Shown here: positions 29,586 to 39,467 of the stretch, in pieces
Layout: every line of letters begins with the position of its first letter
Position numbering within the stretch: the first letter of the stretch is position 1
Origin: an uncultured Verrucomicrobiota bacterium
GTDB taxonomy: Bacteria > Verrucomicrobiota > Verrucomicrobiia > Limisphaerales > DTLC01
Assembly (NCBI GenBank): GCA_964555645.1
Contig: CAZKTA010000001.1
Coordinates: 72,557 to 136,556 of the forward strand
DNA: 64,000 bases
Direction: 5' to 3'
Notes under the pieces: model-generated
What the model was told of the DNA's origin: nothing
Database searches by the model: none
The model's input: only the letters and a program-made list of their open reading frames with translations
Position numbers and translations under genes: made by a program

Positions 29586-30095
29586 ATGGCCAAGCTTATC
29601 GTTCTGACCGAAGGGTTCACCGGACTCTCTTACGAGCTTTCGGCTGAGCGAGTTACAATTGGCCGTGCTGAGGAGAACAGCTTCCAGATCTCAGAGCCGT
29701 CGGTATCCAGTCATCATTGTGAACTGGTTGTTTCAGGGGACGGCATACGAGTCAAGGACCTTAACTCGACCAACGGCACCTTCATAAATGACGAACAGAT
29801 AACCGAGGCTGTCCTCAAGCCGGGTCAAATTCTGCGGCTAGGCAGGATCGAGCTGCGGCTCGAAGACGGACCGGTGTTGCCCGGCTTAAAACGGCAGACG
29901 GAAAAGATCACAGCCCGCGGCGTGCGCTTGGATGAACTCGGACAGGCAAGCCCCGCTGCAAGTTCTATGCAGGCCAAGGGCTTTGCCAAAAAAGAGGATA
30001 AGGCCGCAAGGTATTTCCGCATCGGCGCGATTGTTGTGCTGATTGTAATTGCCGTTGTGCTGGTTTACGTCTTCGTCACTATTGGCAGGTCGTAA
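29586..30095 (+). CDS. FHA-domain protein with a C-terminal transmembrane anchor
   Basis: FHA blocks are VTIGRAEENSFQI, VSSHHCEL, DLNSTNGTFIN and ILRLGRIELR. The C-terminal hydrophobic segment is IGAIVVLIVIAVVLVYVFVTI. Confidence 0.8.
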   Translation: MAKLIVLTEGFTGLSYELSAERVTIGRAEENSFQISEPSVSSHHCELVVSGDGIRVKDLNSTNGTFINDEQITEAVLKPGQILRLGRIELRLEDGPVLPGLKRQTEKITARGVRLDELGQASPAASSMQAKGFAKKEDKAARYFRIGAIVVLIVIAVVLVYVFVTIGRS

Positions 30096-30193
30096 CTCTC
30101 TAAGGACGCACGTCCGTTTAAGAAAAGTCCTCTAAAGCCGCTCCCCAAAAACACAATTACAGTCGTCACTTCGCACGGGTAGATTTGAGCAAG

Positions 30194-31204
30194 TCAAGCC
30201 TGCTGACGCAGCCAGGCCGCAGCGTCCCTGGCAGCGTAGGTAATGATGATGTCAGCACCGGCACGCCGGATAGCAGTGAGCATCTCGAGTAAGACAGCTT
30301 TCTCGTCGAGCCAACCGCGAGCTGCTGCAGCCTTTAACATGGCGAATTCACCGCTTACTGCATAAGCTGCCGTTGGATACCCGAACTCGGTTTTCACGCG
30401 ATACAGCACGTCAAGATAGGCCAACGCAGGTTTGACAATGACAATGTCTGCCCCCTCAGCTATGTCCATTGCAACCTCGCGTAATGCTTCGCGTGCATTG
30501 GCTGGGTCCATTTGATAGCTGCGGCGGTCGCCAAATGTCGGCGCTGATTCAGCAGCCTGCCTGAAAGGCCCGTAAAATGCCGAGGCAAACTTGGCTGCGT
30601 AAGACATGATTGGTGTATCGGTGAATCCGTTTGCATCGAGCGCCTGCCGAATTGCGCGCACGCGACCATCCATCATGTCGCTAGGTGCAACAATGTCTGC
30701 GCCGGCCTCGGCATGGCTGACTGCAGTGCGCGCAAGCAACGCAAGCGTAGGGTCGTTTACAATTTTCGGTCCCTGCGCAGTTTGTTTCACGATGCCACAA
30801 TGGCCGTGCGACATGTACTCGCACAGGCACACATCGGTAATGACAATCAGCTCGGGTATGGCATTTTTGAGCTGGCGTACTGCCAGTTGCACAATACCGT
30901 TTCTGGCATAGGCACCAGAGGCTTTGGCATCCTTTCGCTCCGGTATTCCGAACAATAACACCGCACGTACACCTGCGTTGTATGCCTGCTCGGCGTCACG
31001 CACCAGTTGATCCGGCGAAAGTTGAAACACGCCAGGCATCGCAGGCACAGGCCGGCGTACATTACGTCCAGGGCGCACAAACAGCGGCAACACAAGCTGG
31101 GCACTGTTCAAGTTTGTCTCGCATGTCAACCGGCGCAGGGCAGGCGTCTGGCGCAGCCGACGCGGCCTGTAAGCTGGATACATCCCCACTGTGTACATGG
31201 TCAT
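30194..31204 (-). CDS. hemB: Porphobilinogen synthase (delta-aminolevulinate dehydratase)
   Basis: ORF 30194..31261. It contains the conserved YRPRRLRQTPALRRL, plus VMSYAAKFASAFYGPFR and VKPALAYLD. The start is ambiguous among ATGs at 31213, 31204, 31198 and 31183. Confidence 0.85.
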   Translation of the reverse strand: MTMYTVGMYPAYRPRRLRQTPALRRLTCETNLNSAQLVLPLFVRPGRNVRRPVPAMPGVFQLSPDQLVRDAEQAYNAGVRAVLLFGIPERKDAKASGAYARNGIVQLAVRQLKNAIPELIVITDVCLCEYMSHGHCGIVKQTAQGPKIVNDPTLALLARTAVSHAEAGADIVAPSDMMDGRVRAIRQALDANGFTDTPIMSYAAKFASAFYGPFRQAAESAPTFGDRRSYQMDPANAREALREVAMDIAEGADIVIVKPALAYLDVLYRVKTEFGYPTAAYAVSGEFAMLKAAAARGWLDEKAVLLEMLTAIRRAGADIIITYAARDAAAWLRQQA

Positions 31205-31322
31205 GAGCGGCATTTTAGGTGCCGGTGCTCTTGTGCAAAGCGCAAACTTTGTCAGGGCCAAGCTTACCGGGGCGTTTTTTTTCGTGTTTAAGCTTTGTAC
31301 GGCTAGGGGTTAAATTGTGCAC

Positions 31323-31907
31323 ATGAAAACCCTACGTTTAGCGGCTGCGTTACTTGTGTTGGGGGCAATTTTCTGTCTTGGGCTGTTTGTAGGCGGGCGC
31401 CTTATACAGTTTGCGAGTCAGCACGCCGGCGCGCGCGTGACGACTGGCCCAGCATTGTTGACGCGCATTCAAAGCTTGGCGGAGCTTGTCACGGTCAAAT
31501 ATATCATCGAAAAAGTTGTTTTGGTCGAAGACGTCAAGTGGTACGGCGAGAACCGCGTGCTAATCGTCGCACATGGGATCGTTAAAGCTGGTGTTGACCT
31601 GAACAGGTTGCGCCCGGAGGACATCCAGGTGACCGGCAAAAAAGTCGTCATTAATCTGCCGCCTGCGCAAGTGCTGGATGCGTACCTGGACGATTCACAG
31701 ACAAGGGTGATTGAACACTCGACAGGCCTGTTGCGCAAGTTCGATAAAGACCTGCAACAAACCGCACGACAAAACGCAATTGACGACATCCGGCGTGCGG
31801 CACGGGTTGGCGGTATATTGACCGACGCAGAGCAGCGTGCCAAAGCCGAGTTAAGAATTTTCCTTGCCCAGCTCGGGTTTGAACAAGTCGAGTTTACGTC
31901 CCTGTAA
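31323..31907 (+). CDS. DUF4230-family membrane-anchored protein
   Basis: N-terminal TM segment, then IQSLAELVTVKYIIEKVVLVED and LIVAHGIVKAGVDL, which I recall as DUF4230-like. The ATG is at 31323; the track used GTG 31317. Confidence 0.6.
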   Translation: MKTLRLAAALLVLGAIFCLGLFVGGRLIQFASQHAGARVTTGPALLTRIQSLAELVTVKYIIEKVVLVEDVKWYGENRVLIVAHGIVKAGVDLNRLRPEDIQVTGKKVVINLPPAQVLDAYLDDSQTRVIEHSTGLLRKFDKDLQQTARQNAIDDIRRAARVGGILTDAEQRAKAELRIFLAQLGFEQVEFTSL

Positions 31908-32320
31908 AGGTTGCCGGTGATATGAGACCGGTGCGCTTACAGTTTTAGCGCTGTACCATAAGCTCACGCTGGTGTTTGCCCGGGCGCGTCAGTTGCAAGA
32001 TCTTGACCGGCTGCGGTATCGCGGTGGGTTTTACCGAAACGGGTATGGCGAACTTCTTTCGTGCAAAAGCTGAGCCGGCTGAATGCGACCTAAGCTCCAT
32101 TAGATAAAGCACAACCGGCTTTAGGGCGGGCCGTTTGGCCGGCGTGTGCGCGACCGGCTGCACGCTGTTCAGAAGTTTAATTAGCCTCACCTTGGTTGCC
32201 ATAAACACCGTCTCTACCAACCCAAAAAGCCGCAAATCACATGCCAAAAACCGGGTGCGCCTTCGCAAATTAAATACAGCTTGGCAGGCCGAGCAGGTTT
32301 TGTTTAGCTGTGCCGGCCGC

Positions 32321-34510
32321 ATGCGAGCTTGTTTGCCCACCAGCGCTGCGATTGCCGTGTTGATTGCCATGGTTGGTTCATTTGCCCAAGAACCGGCTGA
32401 CTGGCAAATCGAGGCACTTGCTCCGGACGGCAAGGTCGAGATTGACCTTGTCACCGGCTTGGTCACCGCAACAAAGCGCGTGCTGGTGCGGTACGGCGAC
32501 TCGGTGTTAACAGCCGACAAAGCCAGCGTGAACCGTGACACGGGCGATGCAATTGCCGAAGGCGCAGTTTGTATCGTGCACGACCAACAGCTATGGCTCG
32601 GCCAAAAAATCCACTACAACTTCAAGACACGACAGATGCACGCCGAACGGTTTCGGACTGGCAAATGGCCTGTGTTTGTTCAGGCCGAAGGCCTATACGG
32701 CGATGTGTCTAACCAACTGTACCATGCCACAAATGCGCTCATTACGACCGAAGACGTAGCCGAGCCGGTCCAAAAAATCCGCGCCAGATCAATCAAAATT
32801 GTTCCGGGCAAATACCTCGAAGCGCGTGACGCAATACTCTATATTGGTGACGTCCCAATTTTTTACCTCCCATATTACAGCCGCAGACTCGATGCGCGGG
32901 CCAATCATTTCACTGTTACACCGGGTTATCGCAGTCGGTTCGGCCCGTTTATTCTCGGTAGGTTCGACTTTTTCGTAGGGGAACAGTTCGATGGCGCACT
33001 GCAACTCGATTACAGACTCAAGCGTGGCCTAGGGGCAGGCACTCAAGCCGAATACAGACTCGACCGCTGGGGCACAGCCGCTCTCAAATATCATTATCTT
33101 CACGACGAAGAGCCTGAGCACGCACTCAGTGGCGAACAGTATCCAACCGACCGGCATGTGTTCGGGTTCGCTTACCAATCAAGCCCGTTGACTGACGTCG
33201 AAATCAAAGCGCAGGCAAACTACCAAAGCGACGCTGGCGTGCTTAAAGAATTCTTCGAGCGCGACTACAGACGCAATCCGCAGCCGAAAACTTATCTGGA
33301 CCTGACCAAGTTCTGGCAAAACTTCAGCCTGGACATTTACGCGCAGCCGCGCCTTAACGAGTTCATCGAGACCGTCGAGCGGCTGCCGCAGATCAAGCTC
33401 ACAGGCTACCGTCAACAGATTGGGCCACTGCCGGTGTTTTATGAAAGCGAAAGTTCGTTCGCGTATCTTCACAGGCGATTTGCTGAGACAAACGGGTTTG
33501 TGCCCGGGGACTTCGCCGCCGCGCGCGCAGACACGTTTCATCAGCTTGTGCTTCCGCAGACACTGTTTGGCTGGTTAAACATTACACCACGCGCAGGAGG
33601 CAGGTTGACTTACTATTCCGAAGCCACAGGCAATGGCGCTGCTACAGACGAAATGTACCGTGGCGTTTTCAATACCGGTGTTGAGCTTACTTTTAAGGCG
33701 TGGCGGACATGGCCGAATTCACGAAGCGACCTGTTGCAGCTCAACGGCCTGCGCCACATTCTGGAGCCCACTCTCAATTACGCATACGTGCCAGAGCCAA
33801 ACCACAGGCCCAACCGGATTCCGCAATTCGATTACGAAACAGCCAGCCTGCGCCCGCTACCCATTGAGTTCACGGACTACAACTCGATTGACTCGATTGA
33901 CAGCCAAAACGTGCTCAGAGTTGGTCTACGCAACCGACTCCAAACCAAGCGCAACGGCGCAATTGATGACATTGTTAGTTGGGAATTGTTCACCGACTGG
34001 CGCTTGGACACGCATGACGGTCAAAAAACGTTTTCGGACATTTATTCTGCCTTGGTTGTCAGACCGCGCACATGGCTAACGTTCGAGTCGGAAAACAGGT
34101 TCGATATCGATGCCAACCGGTTCAATTTGGTTCGAGAAACATTGACAATTCAACCTGGCTCAACCTGGAGCTGGGGGATAACATATTTCTACCTGCGCGA
34201 TGATTTGCGTCCTGTGCCAACTGCGTGGGGCATCGGCAACGATATTGTCAATAGCGCGTTTTTCTATCGGCTAAATGAAGATTGGGCGGTCCGCGCTGCG
34301 CATTACATTGACTTGCGCCGCGGCAAACTGCAGGAACACAGCTATGCTGTGTATCGCGACCTGCGCAATTGGACCGGTGCTGTGGTGTTCCGATTCCGCG
34401 AAGACATCTACGGCAGAACCGACTTTGGCATTGCAATCACTCTTTCGCTCAAGGCACGTCCGCGGTTCGGCCTTGGCACCGACACCATCAGCCCGTTCTC
34501 GTGGCTATAG
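32321..34510 (+). CDS. lptD: LPS-assembly outer-membrane protein LptD/OstA-like
   Basis: ORF 32135..34510. The start was moved to MRACLPTSAAIAVLIAMVGSFAQEP (signal peptide). It has an OstA-like N-domain (LTADKASVNRDTGDAIAEGAV) and a long Y/F/W-rich beta-barrel-like C-terminus. Confidence 0.7.
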   Translation: MRACLPTSAAIAVLIAMVGSFAQEPADWQIEALAPDGKVEIDLVTGLVTATKRVLVRYGDSVLTADKASVNRDTGDAIAEGAVCIVHDQQLWLGQKIHYNFKTRQMHAERFRTGKWPVFVQAEGLYGDVSNQLYHATNALITTEDVAEPVQKIRARSIKIVPGKYLEARDAILYIGDVPIFYLPYYSRRLDARANHFTVTPGYRSRFGPFILGRFDFFVGEQFDGALQLDYRLKRGLGAGTQAEYRLDRWGTAALKYHYLHDEEPEHALSGEQYPTDRHVFGFAYQSSPLTDVEIKAQANYQSDAGVLKEFFERDYRRNPQPKTYLDLTKFWQNFSLDIYAQPRLNEFIETVERLPQIKLTGYRQQIGPLPVFYESESSFAYLHRRFAETNGFVPGDFAAARADTFHQLVLPQTLFGWLNITPRAGGRLTYYSEATGNGAATDEMYRGVFNTGVELTFKAWRTWPNSRSDLLQLNGLRHILEPTLNYAYVPEPNHRPNRIPQFDYETASLRPLPIEFTDYNSIDSIDSQNVLRVGLRNRLQTKRNGAIDDIVSWELFTDWRLDTHDGQKTFSDIYSALVVRPRTWLTFESENRFDIDANRFNLVRETLTIQPGSTWSWGITYFYLRDDLRPVPTAWGIGNDIVNSAFFYRLNEDWAVRAAHYIDLRRGKLQEHSYAVYRDLRNWTGAVVFRFREDIYGRTDFGIAITLSLKARPRFGLGTDTISPFSWL

Positions 34511-34809
34511 AAGTCGCACCACTGAAACCGCCCAAGAGTCGCGTTACATGCAAACTTGAAAGTTAAGTATTGCCCATAAGTTTACAGACCACGAGGGTGT
34601 CCAAGCTTGGTGTCGTACGTGTGCGTGCAAACCCAAGGTTGGCATGCCGCAAATCGCGCGAGACCGAAATTCTCCTCACTTGTATCAATCCGATTCGCTC
34701 AGGTTACCTATACAGGCGGAAGTATTTTCAGCCCAAAGGGGCCGTTGGGCAGACACAGTCGCGTGGGCAACTGGCAGACTCCCAGTTAGAAGTTTGTGAC
34801 GCCCTCTGC

Positions 34810-35316
34810 CTAAGCCGTGGTGCTGTCCAAGCTCTCCATTATTTTGGCCATAGCCAAGGCCGTTTGAGCAGCTTCACGGCCGCGATTATGTTCGTGGCTT
34901 AGGCACCTGACTTTCGCCTGTTCTTTATTGTCGAGCAGCAGGACTTCGTGAATAACCGGTACGCCGTAATCAAGCTGTATGCGTGTTAGTGCACGCGTAG
35001 CCGCTTCGGCAATCAGATCTGCGTGGGCAGTTTCACCGCGAAGAATAACACCAAGGCAAATTATGGCTGAAAACTTTGGTTTTGTGTCGCGCTCGACTTC
35101 ATGAGCACGGGTGCGTGCAAGTTTCGCCGCAATAACAGGAATTTCGTATGCGCCAGGCACGCGCACTATAAGCGGCTTAGGCGCGCCTGCACGTTTTAGT
35201 TCGTCCACAGCAGCGCTCAGCATTCCGTTCACGTACTTTGCATTGTAGCGCGAGGCTACGATGGCAAAAGTACCACCGGTGAACTTTAGCTTTCTTGTCG
35301 GGGTGCGCTTGAGCAT
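34810..35316 (-). CDS. ribH: 6,7-dimethyl-8-ribityllumazine synthase
   Basis: Contains IVASRYNAKYVNGML, VPGAYEIP, VILRGETAHADLI and GVPVIHEVL. Confidence 0.9.
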   Translation of the reverse strand: MLKRTPTRKLKFTGGTFAIVASRYNAKYVNGMLSAAVDELKRAGAPKPLIVRVPGAYEIPVIAAKLARTRAHEVERDTKPKFSAIICLGVILRGETAHADLIAEAATRALTRIQLDYGVPVIHEVLLLDNKEQAKVRCLSHEHNRGREAAQTALAMAKIMESLDSTTA

Positions 35317-35375
35317 ACGAAAGTTTGGTTCAAAAAGTGTCCGTTGAAAACGCCGGGCTTATGCTGCTGGTTGTC

Positions 35376-36578
35376 TCAGAGTAAATGCCCAAGTTTTTGG
35401 CGTTTGGTCTTCAGGTACTTTTCATTGTGCGGGTTTGGCGGCACACTGATCGGCACGCGCTCGACAACTTTAAGTCCGTACCCTTCCAACCCAACTATTT
35501 TGCGCGGATTGTTTGTGAGCAGGCGGATGGTTTTCAGACCAAGATCAGCTAAGATTTGCGCACCTAAGCCGTACTCGCGCAGGTCAGGTGGGTAACCAAG
35601 CTTTTCATTTGCCTCGACTGTATCAAGGCCGGCCTCTTGTAATTTGTAGGCTTTGATCTTTGGGGCTAAGCCGATGCCGCGACCTTCCTGTTGGCGCATA
35701 TAGACGATTACACCGCAGCCTTCCTGCGCGACCATGCGCATTGCTTGATGCAGTTGTGCGCCACAGTCGCACCTGCGTGAGCCGAACACGTCGCCTGTCA
35801 GGCATTCGCTGTGCACTCGCACAAGGACATTTTTTCGATTTGCAACATCGCCGCACACAAGTGCAACGTGATGCTGTCCATCCAGTTTCGAATGGTATAA
35901 GTGCAGATCGAACTCGCCGTACTCGGTCGGCAGCTTGACCACCTCAACTTTTACGACCAGCTTTTCGCGCGTGCGCCGGTATTGAATCAGGTCTGCGATC
36001 GAACAAATCTTCAGTTTGTGCCGCTTAGCAAATTTGAGCAGCTCGGGCAACCGCGCCATTGTACCGTCGTCGTTCATGATCTCGCAGATCACGCCCACAG
36101 GTCTGCAGCCGGCGAGTCGCGCGAGGTCAACAGCAGCCTCGGTGTGGCCTGCGCGCTGGAGCACACCACCAGGCCGCGCGCGCAGCGGGAACACGTGCCC
36201 GGGCTGGACAAGGTCTTCAGGCACAGCCGTTGGGTCTGCCATCACACGAATGGTCCGCGCGCGGTCTGCCGCGCTTATGCCGGTTGTAATGCCACGCGCT
36301 GCGTCAACACTGACCTGGAAGTCTGTCCGGAACGATTCACGGTTTTCTTTGACCATGCTGCCGATGCCGAGCTGCTGCAGCCGCTCGAATGTTGTCGGCA
36401 CGCAAATTAGGCCTCGACCGTACTTTGCCATGAAATTTACTGCCGCAGGCGTGACAAACTGCGCGGCCATCACAAGGTCACCCTCGTTTTCACGGTCGGC
36501 GTCGTCAACAACAATCACCATCTTGCCCTTGCGAATGTCAGCAAGGACAGACTCGATTGTGTCAAACCGATTCCGCAT
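35376..36578 (-). CDS. ribBA: Bifunctional 3,4-dihydroxy-2-butanone-4-phosphate synthase / GTP cyclohydrolase II
   Basis: ORF 35376..36713. The conserved start is MRNRFDTIESVLADIRKGKMVIVVDDADRENEGDL (ATG 36578, checked in sequence). The cyclohydrolase II block is VRVHSECLTGDVFGSRRCDCG. Confidence 0.9.
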   Translation of the reverse strand: MRNRFDTIESVLADIRKGKMVIVVDDADRENEGDLVMAAQFVTPAAVNFMAKYGRGLICVPTTFERLQQLGIGSMVKENRESFRTDFQVSVDAARGITTGISAADRARTIRVMADPTAVPEDLVQPGHVFPLRARPGGVLQRAGHTEAAVDLARLAGCRPVGVICEIMNDDGTMARLPELLKFAKRHKLKICSIADLIQYRRTREKLVVKVEVVKLPTEYGEFDLHLYHSKLDGQHHVALVCGDVANRKNVLVRVHSECLTGDVFGSRRCDCGAQLHQAMRMVAQEGCGVIVYMRQQEGRGIGLAPKIKAYKLQEAGLDTVEANEKLGYPPDLREYGLGAQILADLGLKTIRLLTNNPRKIVGLEGYGLKVVERVPISVPPNPHNEKYLKTKRQKLGHLL

Positions 36579-36778
36579 ATGCCGGTGCAAAAGTAACGTC
36601 TTTCTGCCCAAATTCCAGTTGGAAAAAGACCTCGATTGGGGTTGGTTCGGCGAACCGACCGTAAGCATTGCGTTTTCACAAGCGTAACCGAGGGCTTTTT
36701 TACGAGCGCACATGCGCCTGTCAAAGCGCAGCCGGTTCCTTGACCATGTTGTACCACACTATTTCAACGTGTGGGATC

Positions 36779-37039
36779 TCAACGTTGGTGCTGGGATGGG
36801 AGCGGGATTGCTTCCTCGATGAGCATCACCGGGATGCTCTGCCGAATCGGATAAAGAAACTTGCCATCGCCGCGCACAAGGCCGCCGTCAATCTTTTCCG
36901 TCACGAGTTTTCCTGCGCGGTTCTGGAGTGTGCCTGCGGTAATCTGCCGGTTCAGTTCTTCCACCAAGGCTGGCTCAGCGAGCCTGACAGGCTGACGTGT
37001 CTCGGGACAACAAAGAATTTTCAACAGGTCAGGATTCAT
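36779..37039 (-). CDS. Trm112/YcaR-family small zinc-ribbon-like protein
   Basis: ORF 36779..37081. The family-like start is MNPDLLKILCCPETRQPV (ATG 37039, checked in sequence), and the C-terminus reads YPIRQSIPVMLIEEAI. Confidence 0.75.
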   Translation of the reverse strand: MNPDLLKILCCPETRQPVRLAEPALVEELNRQITAGTLQNRAGKLVTEKIDGGLVRGDGKFLYPIRQSIPVMLIEEAIPLPSQHQR

Positions 37040-37099
37040 GTCTGTTGATTTTGGAACCTGTTCCCACCACACTCCCACCACTACGAATGTGTTTGGTGT

Positions 37100-38326
37100 T
37101 CAACAGTTCAACGCCTTGAGCGCCTCTTCATAAACCTGTTTCACTGGTACACCGGCGCGCTCGGCCAACGCGCGGCATGATTCAAACTCGGGGGTCGCAT
37201 GTAACACCGTGCCGCACAGTTTGCCGAGCTTCGCCTTGACGGGGCCGAACCGGGTATCGACCGTTGTGAACTCGCGTTGCAGTTTGCGTCGCTCGGCCGG
37301 GTACCGCCGCACACCAAACGCACTTGTCTCACGCAATATCATCTCTGTGAACTTGTCGGCATCGGGTTCGGCACACAGCACGGTTAGAAGCACGCCCGGC
37401 CGGTTTTTCTTCATTTGGATGGGTGTATGGAACACATCGAGCGCGCCTGCGGCTAGCGCCTTTTCCATGAAGTTTCCCAATATCTCGGGATTGATGTCGT
37501 CAAGATTCGTCTCCAACACCGCCACAGTGTCGGTTTCCCAATCGAGTGTTTGACCATGTGAAACTACAGGTGTTGTTTCCCAAAGCACAGCACGCAGTAC
37601 GTTAGGTCTAGTCTTGTTTTCGCGGCTGCCCAATCCGTAACCGATTTTCTCAGCAACTAGCCTGGTCATTGGTCCAAACCGCTCAACAAATTCGGCCAAC
37701 AGCGCTGCGCCGGTGGGTGTGACCAACTCGTGCGGCTCGTCGCATTGGGAGATCGGAATGCCGCGTGCGCCAAGGATTTCAAGCGTGGCCGGTGCAGGCA
37801 CAGGCAACAGACCATGCTCGCACCTGACCCACCCCATGCCATCAACAACTTGCGACGCAAACACGCGTGGTTTACCCAGTAGCTCAAGCGCAATGCACGC
37901 GCCTACCACATCCGCAATCGAGTCCAGGGCACCGACTTCGTGGAAATGGACATGCTCGACCGGCACGCCATGGATTTTGCCTTCAGCTGCGGCAATGCGC
38001 CTGAACACAGCCACTGCCTTTTCTTTCACCCAGTCTGAAAGTGGACTGGCTTGGATAAGCGTTCGGATCTGGTTGAAATCTCGGCCCGCCGGGTGGGCGT
38101 GGCTCGTGGGATGCGCTTGCTGCTCATGCGCGCCACACTCAACGCATACATGTACGCCGGCAATACCGCCGCGGCTGGCCCGCTCAGTATGCAGGTGTAA
38201 CTTGCCAAGACCGAGCTTTGCAAGGTGGCGCTCGAGCTGGACGGCGTCTACACCTAGATCAATCAATGCCCCCAGCAGCATGTCGCCGCTTATGCCACTG
38301 CACAAGTCGAGGTACAGTAACTTCAT
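37100..38326 (-). CDS. larC: Nickel-pincer cofactor nickel insertase LarC (DUF111), a single uninterrupted ORF
   Basis: N-terminus MKLLYLDLCSGISGDMLLGALIDLGV, plus HFHEVGALDSIADVVG. The reading frame is 408 aa without interruption. Confidence 0.8.
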   Translation of the reverse strand: MKLLYLDLCSGISGDMLLGALIDLGVDAVQLERHLAKLGLGKLHLHTERASRGGIAGVHVCVECGAHEQQAHPTSHAHPAGRDFNQIRTLIQASPLSDWVKEKAVAVFRRIAAAEGKIHGVPVEHVHFHEVGALDSIADVVGACIALELLGKPRVFASQVVDGMGWVRCEHGLLPVPAPATLEILGARGIPISQCDEPHELVTPTGAALLAEFVERFGPMTRLVAEKIGYGLGSRENKTRPNVLRAVLWETTPVVSHGQTLDWETDTVAVLETNLDDINPEILGNFMEKALAAGALDVFHTPIQMKKNRPGVLLTVLCAEPDADKFTEMILRETSAFGVRRYPAERRKLQREFTTVDTRFGPVKAKLGKLCGTVLHATPEFESCRALAERAGVPVKQVYEEALKALNC

Positions 38327-38432
38327 TCGTTGGAATATTGAACCGTCAAACCGTTAACCCATTAAATTGTTGTCTGCCGCGCCAGCGCACTCGTTAATCC
38401 CACATTGTTAGGCAGTTTAGCGGTTTACCGCA

Positions 38433-39194
38433 TTACCGAGTGGGACTGCAAAGCGCGTTTATCAGCGAGGCCGCGTACGCAGCGCCGAATCCGTTATCAA
38501 TATTGACCACTGTGACACCGCCGCTACAACTGTTTAGCATGGCCAGCAACGCTGCCACACCGCCGAAACTAGCGCCGTAGCCCACACTCGTCGGTACCGC
38601 AATCACGGGCTTGTCAACCAGACCGGCTACTACACTCGGCAGGGCCCCCTCCATGCCAGCAACGACTATGATAACGTTGGCGCGTTGGATTATATCAAGG
38701 TGCCCAAGCAACCGGTGCAGCCCGGCCACGCCCACATCATGAACACGCTCGACCGTGTTCCCCATGAACTCGGCTGTTACAGCAGCTTCTTCGGCCACAG
38801 GTAGGTCGCCTGTTCCCGCGCTGACAACAGCGATTGTGCCTGCGCGTTTGGGCAACGGCTGGCTCTCGATTGTGATGCACCTGGCCGGCTCATGATACAC
38901 GGCGCGTTTGAACTTTCGCTTCAGCGCGCGCGTTTGTTCGGCACTGGCGCGTGTGACCAGGACACGCTTGTGCTGCTGGAACAGCGCAGTTGCAATTTTC
39001 ACAAGTTGCACTGGTGTTTTGCCCGGGCCGAACACGACCTCGGGACACCCGCGCCGTAGCGCACGGTGTGTGTCGAGCTTGGCGAAACCAAGATCAACAA
39101 TCGGCGCAGCCTGAAACGCGCGCAATACTTCGTCGCGGCTCACGCCGCCAGCACGAAACTTTTCAAGCAGGCGGACAGCCTCAGCAGTTGTCAT
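38433..39194 (-). CDS. larB: Pyridinium-3,5-biscarboxylic acid mononucleotide synthase LarB (PurE-like)
   Basis: ORF 38433..39266. I chose the start at [10 protein letters not shown] (ATG 39194, checked in sequence). Blocks are [40 protein letters not shown] and VPTSVGYG. Confidence 0.8.
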   Translation of the reverse strand: MTTAEAVRLLEKFRAGGVSRDEVLRAFQAAPIVDLGFAKLDTHRALRRGCPEVVFGPGKTPVQLVKIATALFQQHKRVLVTRASAEQTRALKRKFKRAVYHEPARCITIESQPLPKRAGTIAVVSAGTGDLPVAEEAAVTAEFMGNTVERVHDVGVAGLHRLLGHLDIIQRANVIIVVAGMEGALPSVVAGLVDKPVIAVPTSVGYGASFGGVAALLAMLNSCSGGVTVVNIDNGFGAAYAASLINALCSPTR

Positions 39195-39467
39195 GCGGCC
39201 AGCTTGCCAAATGCTATACCGTCGGTCACGCCAGAAAGCACAGGCATTGATAGTCGGGTGCCGCACATCTCCAGTTAGCCATTTATCAAGAAAACGCTCT
39301 GTGCCTTCCCGCGGGCTTGTAGTCGCGCTGATTATAGTTTATATGGGCCAAAAAACCTGTAGCACCTGGCACGTGCAGGCTCGTTGGGCAAAGGGATTTT
39401 CAAATGGCAACGCTCGGGCTGGATTTGTTGCGAGCACGGCGCGGCCAGCCTAGATCGGGGGATAAGG

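Noticed and set aside
31945-32541. A 198-aa minus-strand ORF (C-terminal part very basic, MATKVRLIKLL...) in the 413-bp spacer before lptD.
   Set aside because: Its first half is antisense to the lptD coding region. The remainder is a Pro/Lys/Arg-rich translation with no recognisable motif and no RBS, so it is probably non-coding.
34511-34809. A 299-bp gap between the convergent lptD and ribH genes, considered as a possible ncRNA gene (RNase P, SRP or 6S RNA).
   Set aside because: It has several short hairpins (GCCCAA..TTGGGC at 34731..34750 and AACTGG..CCAGTT at 34769..34787), but no RNase P (GGAAAGUCCGG) or SRP (GGAAGCAGC-type) core motifs and no extended helix. There is too little evidence to call anything.
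36579-36780. An expected FMN riboswitch upstream of ribBA, and a TPP riboswitch upstream of thiD (2854..3018).
   Set aside because: I read both leaders on the coding strand. Neither contains the conserved cores I recall (the FMN core contains GGUGAAAUUCC, and the TPP core contains CUGAGA and ACCUGAUCUGGAUAAUGCCAGCG). This rests on memory of the consensus only, so an Infernal scan should confirm it.
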